DNA of 64,000 nt from Candidatus Poribacteria bacterium (GCA_965208675.1 OZ242351.1:2144001-2208000); one strand, 5' to 3'. Numbered from the stretch's first letter, positions 1 to 10,708 are shown. Notes: generated from the letters alone by a model not told the origin. Translations and numbers: made by a program.

Positions 1-73
1 CGCAATTGGTTTCGCGGCGTGCACGCGGTTGAATACACAAGCCTGCGGCAAAACGGGGGAGTCCACAAAGCTG

Positions 74-1360
74 ATGAAAAACGAAACTACAGATGTCTGG
101 AGAGTCTTTCTTGACAGGCACGACAACAACAAAACATCGGAAACTGATTGGGAAAGCGTGCCGGAAATTCAGGACGAGTTAACTGCTTACCTCAAAGCGA
201 AAATTGACGCAGGCGTTGTGGACGGAAAAACGTCGTTTCCGTTCGACCTTTCATATTTCCTGTACCATTTTTCGCAAGCGATGCTGCAAGAACTCAAAGC
301 GCACGCTGAAAGCGTTCTGAAAACTGACCCCAATAACGGGGCCGCAGTCCATTTTTTAGGCATAGAAGCGTTTCAAATATCAGGGAATAAACCGTTCGAA
401 AAGTACCCGCTTTTGGAGCAAGCGATGGTGTTGGCACCCAAAGATGTTGAGATTTGTTTCTATGCTTTTACCATGTGCACATGGAACGCTGACATGGTGC
501 AGGATGCACTCGTCTCGCTTGAAAAGCTACTTGAGCGGTTAAATGGTTTTTCCGACGAGGAGGCGTATCATTGGGTAGATATGGTTTATACGCATTACGA
601 TGTTTTCAACACACCAAGCGATTATTACAACGAACTCCAAAGCAACCATCCATCGATTGAACGGTGGAGAGCCGTGCTGGACAATATTTTCACCGTTTTT
701 GAGAGAAATTTGAGGCGGGATCCAAGTGCGTCGGGTGCGTTAAAGAGTATGGCAAATATCTATGAGACGTTGGGTAATATTAAGTCAGCTCAAGCGGAAT
801 ATGAAAAACGATTGCGAGTGGATCCACGCGATGGGTCTGCTTTGCATGGATTAGCAAATATTCATGAAACGTTAGGCGATTCTAAACTCGCCCGCGAATA
901 TCGAACGCAAGCGCCTCCCATCTTTGCGTTCGAGGGACGGGTATTACCAGACTTTTCGGCGGCAATTGATTTGGATGGCAAACCGCTTTCGCTCGCCGAC
1001 TACCGCGGCAAGGTCGTTTTGGTTGACTTTTGGGCGGTGTGGTGCGGACCGTGTCTTGGAGAAATACCAGAAATCCAAGAGGTATACAGGAAATACCACC
1101 ACAGAGGCTTTGACGTAATCGGAATAAGCCTTGATACAGATGAGGCGGTGTTACGTAAGTTTATTGAGGAAAACCGGTTGCCGTGGCGGCAAATTTGTGA
1201 CGGCGACGGCTTCGACGGCCCCCTTGTGGAGCAGTACGACATCCGTTCTATTCCTGCGTCAATTCTGCTGGATCGAGACGGCAACGTTATCTCAGTTAGG
1301 GCGAGAGGTAGCCTCTTAGCGGAACTTGTGGCAGCGGAAATAGAGCGCAAGGTGTATTGA
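74..1360 (+). CDS. TPR-containing TlpA/redoxin family thiol-disulfide oxidoreductase
   Basis: C-terminal thioredoxin-like domain (GKVVLVDFWAVWCGPC ... IPASILLDRDG) preceded by TPR-like helices. ATG at 74 preferred over TTG at 29. Confidence 0.8.
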   Translation: MKNETTDVWRVFLDRHDNNKTSETDWESVPEIQDELTAYLKAKIDAGVVDGKTSFPFDLSYFLYHFSQAMLQELKAHAESVLKTDPNNGAAVHFLGIEAFQISGNKPFEKYPLLEQAMVLAPKDVEICFYAFTMCTWNADMVQDALVSLEKLLERLNGFSDEEAYHWVDMVYTHYDVFNTPSDYYNELQSNHPSIERWRAVLDNIFTVFERNLRRDPSASGALKSMANIYETLGNIKSAQAEYEKRLRVDPRDGSALHGLANIHETLGDSKLAREYRTQAPPIFAFEGRVLPDFSAAIDLDGKPLSLADYRGKVVLVDFWAVWCGPCLGEIPEIQEVYRKYHHRGFDVIGISLDTDEAVLRKFIEENRLPWRQICDGDGFDGPLVEQYDIRSIPASILLDRDGNVISVRARGSLLAELVAAEIERKVY

Positions 1361-1425
1361 TACCTGACGTTTTGTATAAATAGTCCGAATTGAATGAGGT
1401 GTTCATCGGTTTTCGCGGTGGTGAT

Positions 1426-2187
1426 CTACGTTTTGAAATCCCCATGCGATTGGTTGATTAACGCCGCGCTATAACCTGCACCAAACCCGTTGTCAATATT
1501 GACGACGGTCACGCCAGCGGCGCAGGTATTCAGCATTCCCAGCAACGCAGCCATGCCTCCAAAACTAGCGCCATACCCGACACTTGTTGGGACAGCAATC
1601 ACGGGTTTATCAACCAATCCACCGACAACACTCGGGAGCGCCCCCTCCATCCCCGCTACAACTATGATCACGCGTGCTTTGACCAGCGTTTCGTGATTGC
1701 CGAGCAGGCGGTGTAGTCCCGCGACACCGACATCATACAGGCGTACGACGCGGTTTCCCAAAATCTGGGCGGTTTCTACGGCTTCTTCCGCAACAGGGAT
1801 ATCCGATGTGCCCGCCGATACGACCAAGATGCCGTCATGCAATTCCCCAGATGGCTGACCCACACTAATCGTCCGACCGAGTTCGTTAAAGTGCGCAGAT
1901 GCATCAAGGGTTACCACCGCTTCATAAATTTCCTGGGTGGCGCGCGTAGCAAAAAGGAGATTGCCTGCTGCCAGAATCCGCTTGCTAATTTCTTTAACGT
2001 GATTAACGGTCTTCCCTTCGCAAAAGATAACTTCCGGAAAGCCTTTCCGAAGTTGACGATGGTGATCGACTTTGGAAAACTGTATATCTTCAAACGGCAG
2101 ATAGCGCAGTGATTGAATTGCCGTATCAATGTCAATGTCACCGCGCCGAACATCTTCAAGGAGCGATTTTAGTTTATCAGGATTCAT
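1426..2187 (-). CDS. larB: Nickel pincer cofactor biosynthesis protein LarB (AIR-carboxylase-like)
   Basis: Motifs KVDHHRQLRKGFPEVIFCEGK, SAGTSDIPVAEE, VAGMEGALPSVV, PTSVGYGA, VVNIDNGFGA. Confidence 0.9.
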   Translation of the reverse strand: MNPDKLKSLLEDVRRGDIDIDTAIQSLRYLPFEDIQFSKVDHHRQLRKGFPEVIFCEGKTVNHVKEISKRILAAGNLLFATRATQEIYEAVVTLDASAHFNELGRTISVGQPSGELHDGILVVSAGTSDIPVAEEAVETAQILGNRVVRLYDVGVAGLHRLLGNHETLVKARVIIVVAGMEGALPSVVGGLVDKPVIAVPTSVGYGASFGGMAALLGMLNTCAAGVTVVNIDNGFGAGYSAALINQSHGDFKT

Positions 2188-2213
2188 AAGAAGCGTAATT
2201 CGAAATTCGCGAT

Positions 2214-2253
2214 TAAAAAGAAGCCACAGGTGGAAATACGACCTGTGGCTTCT
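2214..2253 (-). terminator. Intrinsic terminator downstream of the alaS-DUF948-YtxH unit
   Basis: 13-bp stem AGAAGCCACAGGT/ACCTGTGGCTTCT with a short T-tract on the minus strand. Confidence 0.65.
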
Positions 2254-2360
2254 ACTTTCGTGGATACATTTTATGCAATTAATCTACGTCAACAATGCGT
2301 GTGAACCATAGTCAGGGTAATCCGGCGTTCGTACTTTGCCTGTCGACTAACCGAAAAATT

Positions 2361-2723
2361 TTAACTCGCGGACTCGCCATCGGACTTTTTTGAATTGCCA
2401 TCTTTTTGAACAGCCGTATCTGACAGTTCATCCTTCTTTTTGACGAAGGCTTTTTTGCCCGCTTTAACCGCTGCTTTCATACCGCCTTTTGTTTCGTCAA
2501 TTCGGTCTTTACCTTGATTGACGAGTTCAGTGGCTCTTCCTTTGGCGGTGTGGACAGCATCAACAGTCCTGTCTTTGGCATCCATAGAGACTTCACGAAT
2601 CCTTCTTCGCGTTTCGCTGCCTGCGAATGGAGCCAACAGCAAACTGAGGACAGCACCAACCAATCCACCCATGAAAAAAGCAACTAAGTATCCAAGTCCG
2701 CTTCCACGTTCTTCATTCTTCAC
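2361..2723 (-). CDS. YtxH-domain protein
   Basis: FFMGGLVGAVLSLLLAPFAGSETRRRI signature. GTG start at 2723 follows GGAGG. Confidence 0.85.
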   Translation of the reverse strand: MKNEERGSGLGYLVAFFMGGLVGAVLSLLLAPFAGSETRRRIREVSMDAKDRTVDAVHTAKGRATELVNQGKDRIDETKGGMKAAVKAGKKAFVKKKDELSDTAVQKDGNSKKSDGESAS

Positions 2724-2766
2724 TTTAATTACCTCCAATCTCGTAAATTAGATATTTTGCATTGCA

Positions 2767-3285
2767 CTATTCGGAACCATCTTTTTCCTCTGGTTTCCAT
2801 GATTGACTAAATACCTCCCAACCAGTCTTAATTCCGCTCCACAAACTAATCATGTCTGCGATGGGAACAGTGAGTTGATCGCGATAGTATTCAGCACGAT
2901 TGACCGTTTTTTGGGAAAAATCGCCGATCAAGTTCATCAATTCATCTAGCTTGGCAACACTCTGATTCACAACCTGCGTCATTTCATGAATGTTGTGTGT
3001 AATCGGCTGGACTTCAGATTCGCTAATGTGCTGGATAGAAGCTGTGATTGCATTGACATTTTTGAGCAGTTCTGGCAATTCGGTATTCAACGCTTTGACG
3101 GACTGATCGACCTCCTTGAGTAAATCGTTTAGCTCATTGTCCACTATTGCTTCTACCGATTTGAAGGTGCCGCCAATGTCTCTAAGCACCCTGCCTAAGC
3201 GTACAACCAGATATATAGCTGCCCCACTGAGTACGAGCAGGAATACAGATAAACTTAGCTTCCAAACTATCGGAGCCCATTCCAT
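2767..3285 (-). CDS. DUF948/YoxC-like membrane-anchored coiled-coil protein
   Basis: N-terminal TM helix followed by heptad repeats; the usual neighbour of ytxH. Confidence 0.7.
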   Translation of the reverse strand: MEWAPIVWKLSLSVFLLVLSGAAIYLVVRLGRVLRDIGGTFKSVEAIVDNELNDLLKEVDQSVKALNTELPELLKNVNAITASIQHISESEVQPITHNIHEMTQVVNQSVAKLDELMNLIGDFSQKTVNRAEYYRDQLTVPIADMISLWSGIKTGWEVFSQSWKPEEKDGSE

Positions 3286-3342
3286 ATCAAATTCCTTTCT
3301 ACATCAACTAATGTACAACATCTCAAGCTGGCGCAACATTCT

Positions 3343-5997
3343 TCAATTTAGCTGATTGGCGACAATGTTTACGACAGCATCAATCGCACATTGCATCTTG
3401 CCGGGATCCTTGCTGCCGCCTTGAGCAAGCTCGGGGCGCCCGCCGCCGCGTCCGTCAGCTAAACGAGTGACTGCCTGAACAATTTTACCGGCTTGCAAGC
3501 CGCGGCCTTCTACGAGATCGGGAGTAACACCTGTTATGAATGCGACTTCGTTTCCAGTTGCTGAAGCGAGGACAACAACGCCGGATTCGAGGCGGTTTTT
3601 CAGCTCGTCGGCGAGCCGGCGCAGCCCGTCCCGATTCATACGTTCCACCACGGAAGCCACGACGCGGAAACCATCCACGACAACGGCTCGATTCACAAGA
3701 TCGACGACACTGGATTTTGCGAGTTTTGCCTGCAGTTCGTTAATCTGTTGTTCAAGTTCTCGATTGGCTTGCACCAATATTTCCACCTGTTCCGGCGTAC
3801 GATGCTTAGGGGTTTTGAGTATATTTCCGATGGAAGAAAGCAAGTCATCTTCGGAACAGACATGTTGATAGGCTGAACTTCCGGTAACGGCTTCAATTCG
3901 ACGGGTACCGGCGGCGATGCTGCTTTCGCTCATAATCTTGACGAGACCTAATTCGCCGGTCGCACGCGTGTGTGTACCGCCGCAGAGCTCCATGCTGTAG
4001 CCGCCAATCTCGACCACACGCACAACGTCGCCGTATTTATCGCCGAAGAACGCGAGTGCTCCCTTATCCTTGGCTGTTTGCAGGGACATGGAGTCGGTTT
4101 CAACTTCGTCATTCATACGAACACAGTGGTTAATGAAGCCTTCAATCTCGCGGAGTTGATTATCAGTCACGGCCTGAAAGTGCGCGAAGTCGAATCGCAA
4201 CCGTCCCGGCTCAACAAGTGATCCCGCTTGACTGACATGCATTCCGAGCACCTTGCGCAGCGCGCTGTGCAGCATGTGAGTTGCCGTATGGCTCGCGGCA
4301 ATGTGTGCTCGCCGGACCGCATCAATCTGCGATTTGACTGGCGTCTGCGGGGTAATTTCTCCTTCGATAACGTTGCACTTATGCACAATCAGATCTGGGT
4401 TTGGCTTGAAAGTATCAACGACGTTTAGCTTCGCATTTTCACTCTCAATTGTTCCGATGTCACCGACTTGACCTCCCGATTCCCCATAAAACGGCGTGCG
4501 GTTGAGGATGGCAGCAACTTCTTCACCTTCGTGGATTCCCGATACCTGTTCATTACCTCGAATTAATGCGATGACCTTTGCCTCCGCCTCCCCCGTATCA
4601 TACCCCAAAAATTCGGTTTTCTCATATTCCTTGAGAATTTCTAAATAAACCTCTTCGCCCTTCCCGCTGCCGCCGGCGGCTTTCCAAGCGGCGCGGCTGC
4701 GCTCTTGCTGTGTGGCCATACCAGCGGCGAAGCCTTTTTCATCGACTGACAGTCCACGCTCACGAGCCAAAATCTCGGTGAGGTCTAGGGGAAATCCAAA
4801 GGTATCGTAGAGTTCAAAAGCGCGTTCACCGGGGACGACAGATTGTTGCTGCGCGTGGAGTTCATCAAGTGATTTTCCGAGGATTTCCAATCCCCGATCA
4901 AGTGTTTGATGGAATCGCCCTTCTTCTCCCCGAATAATTTGCTTCACAAACTCCCGACGCGGGACGACATCAGCGTAAACCGAGCCAAGCAGTTCGATGA
5001 CTTTATCCACGAGCCGATAAATGAAAGGGGCATCCATCCCTAACCGTTTTCCATAAAGGACGGCTCGGCGCAATATTCTCCGTATTACATAGCCGCGCCC
5101 TTCGTTAGAGGGCATTACGCCGTCACCGATAGCAAACGTCAGGCAGCGCACGTGGTCGGCAATGACGCGGTGGGCAACACCGGAAATGTCTTCCGAATAC
5201 GCGCTATCCGTAATATCGGCGATAACATCAATCAAGGGTGTGAACACATCGGTTTTGTAGTTTGAATCAACGCCCTGCAAGATTGCAACTGCGCGTTCAA
5301 AGCCCATACCCGTATCAACGTGTTTTTCTGGCAACGGATACAATTTTCCCGCTGCGTCGCGGTTATACTGTATGAATACGAGATTCCACAGTTCGCGGTA
5401 CCGATCGCATTTATTGACACCACATTCGTGCGCAGGGTCTTGGGTTGAACACGCATCTGGGCCGAGATCTATGTGTAATTCTGAACAGGGGCCGCATGGA
5501 CCGGTATCCCCCATTTCCCAGAAATTGTCTTTGTCGAATCTGATAACTTGGCTGGCTGGAACATCAGTTACTGTCGTCCACAGCTTTTCGGCTTCATCGT
5601 CATCCAAATGAACCGTTGCCCACAATCGATTTTTCGGAATCTTCCAGACTTCCGTAACCAACTCCCAAGCAAATTCGATAGCTTCCTGTTTGTAGTAATC
5701 TCCAAAGGACCAGTTGCCCAGCATTTCAAAAAAGGTATGATGTCCACCGGAATAGCCGACCTCTTCTAAATCGTTATGTTTACCGCTGACGCGAATACAC
5801 TTCTGAGAATCAGCCGCACGTTTGTATTCGCGCTGCCCCACGCCCAAGAACACATCTTTAAACTGATTCATACCAGCGTTTGTAAACAGCAGGGTCGGAT
5901 CTTCCGCAGGCACTACCGGTGCGCTGGAAACGATAGTATGACCGCGCTCCCGGAAAAAATCCAAAAAACTCGATCGAATTTCATTGGATGTCATCAA
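3343..5997 (-). CDS. alaS: Alanine--tRNA ligase
   Basis: DPTLLFTNAGMNQFK, HHTFFEMLGNWSFGDY, editing motifs HTATH and ELCGGTH, C-terminal GGGRPELAQGG. Confidence 0.98.
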   Translation of the reverse strand: MMTSNEIRSSFLDFFRERGHTIVSSAPVVPAEDPTLLFTNAGMNQFKDVFLGVGQREYKRAADSQKCIRVSGKHNDLEEVGYSGGHHTFFEMLGNWSFGDYYKQEAIEFAWELVTEVWKIPKNRLWATVHLDDDEAEKLWTTVTDVPASQVIRFDKDNFWEMGDTGPCGPCSELHIDLGPDACSTQDPAHECGVNKCDRYRELWNLVFIQYNRDAAGKLYPLPEKHVDTGMGFERAVAILQGVDSNYKTDVFTPLIDVIADITDSAYSEDISGVAHRVIADHVRCLTFAIGDGVMPSNEGRGYVIRRILRRAVLYGKRLGMDAPFIYRLVDKVIELLGSVYADVVPRREFVKQIIRGEEGRFHQTLDRGLEILGKSLDELHAQQQSVVPGERAFELYDTFGFPLDLTEILARERGLSVDEKGFAAGMATQQERSRAAWKAAGGSGKGEEVYLEILKEYEKTEFLGYDTGEAEAKVIALIRGNEQVSGIHEGEEVAAILNRTPFYGESGGQVGDIGTIESENAKLNVVDTFKPNPDLIVHKCNVIEGEITPQTPVKSQIDAVRRAHIAASHTATHMLHSALRKVLGMHVSQAGSLVEPGRLRFDFAHFQAVTDNQLREIEGFINHCVRMNDEVETDSMSLQTAKDKGALAFFGDKYGDVVRVVEIGGYSMELCGGTHTRATGELGLVKIMSESSIAAGTRRIEAVTGSSAYQHVCSEDDLLSSIGNILKTPKHRTPEQVEILVQANRELEQQINELQAKLAKSSVVDLVNRAVVVDGFRVVASVVERMNRDGLRRLADELKNRLESGVVVLASATGNEVAFITGVTPDLVEGRGLQAGKIVQAVTRLADGRGGGRPELAQGGSKDPGKMQCAIDAVVNIVANQLN

Positions 5998-6245
5998 TGA
6001 CTTTTCTCTCTGATTAGAAGCCCGTAATCATCTTCCCAATTTCAATCGCTTTCGTTGACAACGCTCTTACAATTGAATAATCACCGCTACTATTCCGAAA
6101 AGGCAATCGTCATCGAACCAAGCCTTTATAACAAGTATACCAAATTGTGAATCTCAATTTCAAGGTTGATAACCCCTACTTCTCGGCTGATGTGGGCTAA
6201 CGTTAGTCCGTCTGTCATGTTCACAAGCGTGTAAGCACCGCAAAT

Positions 6246-6815
6246 TTATTTGTTTGGTTCACCAAAATCTTTCCCTTCCAGAAAGTCGTCTAATTCAACT
6301 CCGAACGCGTCCGCTATCCGATTGACATAGTTGAAAAAGCCAACGACCTCCACAATGGCGAAGAGCGCCTCGTCGGAAAGTCCAAAACCGCGGAGGTGCT
6401 CTAAGTCTGCTGGTGTAACCGTAGGTGCTGCTTTGGTTACCTTAATGGCAAATTCAAGGATTGCTTTTGTGGTTTCGTCAATATCAGCGGTATGAAAATC
6501 CGCCACGATCTGAGCAATCTGCTTGTCAGTGAGTTGTTCCCGCAACTCGTCCGCATGCGATATTACTCAATAGCGGCATTCGTTCACTTTCGATACAACG
6601 GTGGCAATCATTTCGCGTTGCATTCGACTAAGCGGGGACTCTTCGTCGTGCATCACGATTTTGTAGAGTTCAATAAAAGCGCGCATACTTTTCGGCCGCG
6701 CACTGAAAAGTTTGACGATATTGTAAACTCGCCCTGCTCGCGCAATTGCCGCGTCGTATTCCTCTTTCACGATACCAGCCGCATTAACGTCATCTACAGT
6801 GCGAATCCATGCCAT
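6246..6815 (-). CDS. AhpD/carboxymuconolactone decarboxylase-like peroxidase, probable selenoprotein (189 aa, Sec at codon 83)
   Basis: ORFs 6567..6815 and 6246..6545 share a frame and are separated only by TGA: SKVNECRY-TGA-VISHADELREQ, giving CxxU where the family has CxxC. A SECIS-like hairpin follows. Confidence 0.85.
6531..6548 (-). promoter_or_regulatory. Putative bacterial SECIS element
   Basis: Hairpin GAGUUG-CGGGAA-CAACUC; its G-rich apical loop starts 24 nt after the in-frame UGA. Confidence 0.65.
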
Positions 6816-6908
6816 CTTTCATTCTCCAATCACAACACTGTATTCACTTACAACTGCGCCTTTGTTTCCGGATCTCATCGTTGAGCGGACACGTCAGAAT
6901 GTCAACGT

Positions 6909-7604
6909 TCATGCCTGTAGGGGTGTCAACATTGCGGCGACGTCTTCCGGCGGTTTGATGCCACTTTTCTGTATGAGGTCTGCCAAACAATCGAGCTTGA
7001 GTTCTATTACCTTGCCAAAATCTTTGCGGGCAAGGTCATACTCTTCTTTGGAATAGTAAGCCATGCCGCGATTGCTATAGAATCGAACCTCGCTGGTTTT
7101 GTATTCTATAGCTTTAGTGAAATCCTCAAGGGCGCAGTCAAGATTCCCTTTCTTGGCGTAAGCCGCACCACGGTTGTTATACGCCTCGGCATCATCGGGT
7201 GTCAGTTTTATCATTTGACTGAAATCTTGGACGGCACGGTCGACATCAGGCTCTTGTCCGTAAGCCAGACCTCGATTGTAATAGGTGTCCGCATTATCCG
7301 GTTTGAGCCGAATTACCGTGTTAAAATTTTGGATAGCACGATTAAAATCGCCTTTAATGTTGTAGGCAACGCCGCGATTGTTATAGGCTTTGGCGTCATT
7401 GGGATTGAGCGTTATCGCTCCGGTACAGTGTTCGATTTCACGGTCGATCTCACCCAATCGGCCAGAATCAATTTGGCACATGCGATGTTCCTCAGCGTCG
7501 TCTAACATTGAGGTTACTTTTTTGATGCCGCCCTTAATATTCCTATCTGGTCTTCCCACGTAATGGTAGTCAAAACCGGCAGGCGTTAAGTTCAGTTCAG
7601 GCAT
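6909..7604 (-). CDS. Tetratricopeptide repeat protein (start uncertain)
   Basis: Four to five TPRs with AYNNRG/YYNRG consensus. Confidence 0.85.
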   Translation of the reverse strand: MPELNLTPAGFDYHYVGRPDRNIKGGIKKVTSMLDDAEEHRMCQIDSGRLGEIDREIEHCTGAITLNPNDAKAYNNRGVAYNIKGDFNRAIQNFNTVIRLKPDNADTYYNRGLAYGQEPDVDRAVQDFSQMIKLTPDDAEAYNNRGAAYAKKGNLDCALEDFTKAIEYKTSEVRFYSNRGMAYYSKEEYDLARKDFGKVIELKLDCLADLIQKSGIKPPEDVAAMLTPLQA

Positions 7605-7935
7605 AGCTCTTTTTCCTCAAAAATTTCAAACTCTGTACAGGCAAATAAAACTAATGCGCCGCTATTCGTTTGTGCGGTGGAGGTATGGCGATAATCATTA
7701 TGGGATTTAAAACGACGCAAGTCAATCCTATTGTTGACAATCCTACTGGTTAAGTCAGTCTAAGCTATGATGATTGAGAAAGACCGATTCCCCAAAGTTC
7801 ACACTGAGAACTTTTCGATTGAATCGACTGTGGAAATCTGATAAGATTTAGACAGTACTATTGAGCAAATTATACGCCCCGTCCCTGAAATCGTCAAGGG
7901 AAAGTAGGTCGCGCGGGCGTCACATCTTAATCAGC

Positions 7936-8730
7936 ATGCGGACAGACGAACAGATGACAGCGCAGATAACGGCGACACACGAAATAGAATCGGCGATTCA
8001 CCACTTGGACACGTATGGCTATTGCATTCTCGCGAGTCGAATGCCGGTGGATGTTGCCGGTGAGACTGCCGAACGCTGCTTGGAGATGCAGGACGACCCG
8101 CAGTACCAAGCCTACAACTCCGGAAATCCCCATGAAAGCACGACAATGTCGGGTATGTACAACTTGGACGATCGGGTCTGGCAATTCTTGACCCACCCGG
8201 ACGTGCTAGCGATTGCCTACCACTTTCTCGGCTCGGATTGCCGGGTGACCGAGGTGTGCGCCAAGCCGATTTGGCCCGGGTCGCTTGGATACGGTCTCCA
8301 CGTCGATGAAGCCAATTTTTTTCACAAGGTACCGAACGTTCCGTGGCTAATTAACACCATGTGGATGCTCACGGATTTCACGGAGAAAAATGGCGCCACT
8401 GCAGTTGTACCGATGAGCCACAAATGCCGTTTCAAGCAACAGCCGACGGAAATTCCGTTTGAGAGTCCGCTTGTGAAAATCGCTACCGGTCAGCCGGGTT
8501 CAGTTCTTCTGTGGCACGGCGGCACACTCCATACTGCTACACCCAACACGGGAGATGGGGTTCGTGTGGGGCTCAATATTGCGTATCACGCGCGATGGTT
8601 CAATCATTACGGCAATACCCACATTGAACCAATTTGGCCAGAGACATACGTACGTATGCCGCTGGAGATGCAAAAACTCTTTACGTTGCGGCGCGGAAGG
8701 ACCAAATCCGAGGTTTATGAGATGGACTAG
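7936..8730 (+). CDS. Phytanoyl-CoA dioxygenase (PhyH) family Fe(II)/2OG enzyme
   Basis: HVD...H facial triad, LTDFTEKNGATAVVPMSH, GSVLLWHGGTLH. Start is ATG 7936 or 7954. Confidence 0.85.
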   Translation: MRTDEQMTAQITATHEIESAIHHLDTYGYCILASRMPVDVAGETAERCLEMQDDPQYQAYNSGNPHESTTMSGMYNLDDRVWQFLTHPDVLAIAYHFLGSDCRVTEVCAKPIWPGSLGYGLHVDEANFFHKVPNVPWLINTMWMLTDFTEKNGATAVVPMSHKCRFKQQPTEIPFESPLVKIATGQPGSVLLWHGGTLHTATPNTGDGVRVGLNIAYHARWFNHYGNTHIEPIWPETYVRMPLEMQKLFTLRRGRTKSEVYEMD

Positions 8731-8834
8731 ATTTTAAATGCTTCCTGGTTCACAGGGATTGGCAATTTCAAAAGGTTAGCGCGATATAATTTCCGGCTGT
8801 CTCCACCGTTGCCGCGAATGTATGTTTTCTATGC

Positions 8835-8864
8835 TTGACACATTTTCGAGAAATATGGTATATT
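8835..8864 (+). promoter_or_regulatory. sigma70 promoter of the rpsB operon
   Basis: TTGACA-N18-TATATT with a TGn extended -10. Confidence 0.7.
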
Positions 8865-8894
8865 TTGTGTTTTGCGTGGTCCTGTACAAAAAAC

Positions 8895-8960
8895 GCACTT
8901 CCTAATTTCACAATGGGTGCTCAGTTTTTTGAGAGTTGGATGTGAACGAGAGGGAAGTGT
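8895..8960 (+). promoter_or_regulatory. Structured rpsB 5' leader (candidate S2 autoregulatory element)
   Basis: Nested stems GCACTTCC/GGAAGTGT, TTCACA/TGTGAA and CTCA/TGAG, with an unpaired GGGT. Confidence 0.55.
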
Positions 8961-8990
8961 AAGAAAAACCCAAAGATTAAGGAGGATTTT

Positions 8991-9782
8991 TTGACAGTTA
9001 CAATGAAAGAACTCCTAGAAGCAGGCGTTCATTTTGGCCATCAGACACGACGCTGGAATCCCAAAATGGCAAAGTACATTTTTGCCGAACGTAATGGGAT
9101 TTACATCATCGATCTCCAGAAAACCTTGGCATTGCTAAAAAAGGCGTGTGAATTCCTGCAGGAAGTTGCTGCCGGCGGCGGTGCGGTGTTATTTGTCGGC
9201 ACCAAAAAGCAATCTCAGGAAACCGTGGTGGACGAAGCCACGAGATGTCAAATGTTCTATGTTAACCATCGCTGGTTAGGCGGCATGCTGACAAATTTTG
9301 AAACAATCAGGCGTAGCAGTGACCGGTTGAAAAAACTTGAAACTGATGAGGAAAGCGGTCAATTTGAGAAACTCCCAAAAAAAGAAGCCATGCAGTTAAG
9401 GCGTGAGAAGATTAAGCTGAACAATAACCTTGCGGGAATCAAGACAATGGGGCGCCTTCCCGAAGCTGTGATTGTCACCGATGTCCGCAAGGAACAGACA
9501 GCCGTCCGGGAAGCGAATAAGCTTGGCGTGCCTGTGATTGCAATAGTTGATACGAACTGGGATCCAGACCCGGTTGATTTTCCAATTCCTGGGAATGACG
9601 ACGCCATTCGCGCAATTAAGCTAATCTGTTCCGTCCTAGCTAGCGCGATTATCGAAGGACGAGGGGATGCCTTGCAGGGTGCGGATGACATAGATATGCC
9701 GCAGCCGGAAAACGCGGCACCTACGCCAACGACCGATGAGGAAGCTGAAGAGGAGACACCGGCACCAGACGGAGAAAAGTGA
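8991..9782 (+). CDS. rpsB: 30S ribosomal protein S2
   Basis: [32 protein letters not shown] start after AGGAGG. Confidence 0.99.
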   Translation: MTVTMKELLEAGVHFGHQTRRWNPKMAKYIFAERNGIYIIDLQKTLALLKKACEFLQEVAAGGGAVLFVGTKKQSQETVVDEATRCQMFYVNHRWLGGMLTNFETIRRSSDRLKKLETDEESGQFEKLPKKEAMQLRREKIKLNNNLAGIKTMGRLPEAVIVTDVRKEQTAVREANKLGVPVIAIVDTNWDPDPVDFPIPGNDDAIRAIKLICSVLASAIIEGRGDALQGADDIDMPQPENAAPTPTTDEEAEEETPAPDGEK

Positions 9783-9913
9783 ATTACACTTTATGGCTGT
9801 ATTCACCTCGTTGGATAAGATAATGCCGCCAAAGACACCGCAGGTAGACAAGCAAGCCGAGTCAAAGTTTGGCAATGTCTGCTGTCAATACTGAACGGAG
9901 GATTAAAAATTTA

Positions 9914-10513
9914 ATGAATATTACCGCAAAAATGGTCAGTGAGTTGCGCACGCGGACGAGCGCGGGGATTATGGATTGTAAGAAAGCCTTAATAGAATCT
10001 AACGGCAACCTAGAAGCTGCGATTCAGTATTTACGGGAAAAAGGGCTGAAAGCGACGGAACTAAAGAGCGCGCGCACTGCTTCTGAGGGACTCATCGTCT
10101 CCTACATACATCCTGGCAATAGAATCGGCTCACTCGTTGAACTGAACTGTGAAACTGATTTCGTCGCACGGACAGAACAATTCCAGAAACTGGCGAAGGA
10201 CATTGCGATGCAGGTGGCAGCATCCAAACCGAAGTACGTTAGCAAAGCGGATGTCCCAGAAAACGCATTGGAATCCGAAAAAACAATTCTGAGAAAACAG
10301 GCTTTGGATGAGGGCAAGCCGGAACACATCGCTGACAAAATAGTTGATGGACGGATTTCAAAGTTCTATTCTGAAGTTTGCTTACTGGAACAGCCTTACA
10401 TTCGGGACACCGATAAGAGTGTCAGTCAACTTATCCAGGAGGGTGTTTCGCAGCTTGGAGAGAACATTGTAGTTGGGCGATTTACGCTTTATGTGTTGGC
10501 GCAGAGTGAATAA
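9914..10513 (+). CDS. tsf: Elongation factor Ts (short form)
   Basis: ELRTRTSAGIMDCKKAL, ELNCETDFVAR. ATG 9914 after GGAGG. Confidence 0.98.
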   Translation: MNITAKMVSELRTRTSAGIMDCKKALIESNGNLEAAIQYLREKGLKATELKSARTASEGLIVSYIHPGNRIGSLVELNCETDFVARTEQFQKLAKDIAMQVAASKPKYVSKADVPENALESEKTILRKQALDEGKPEHIADKIVDGRISKFYSEVCLLEQPYIRDTDKSVSQLIQEGVSQLGENIVVGRFTLYVLAQSE

Positions 10514-10708
10514 ACACATCGGACAAGTATGGCGCCTGGACACTGGCGTTCGAGCTCAGTCCGAAGCGTATGCATCGCCGCACCGCCTAAAGCGTGTTGG
10601 TTTACCGGTGCCGAGATTATTATGTAGATTTTATGATTTGTGCATAGGGTGTACCAGCCTTGTAAATTAGTGTGCTGAAATAGCATCCTTATGATGAGGA
10701 GTTTCCAT

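Noticed and set aside
9914-10513. Short (~199 aa) EF-Ts as a truncation
   Set aside because: The short form is well known in many phyla and its motifs are complete.
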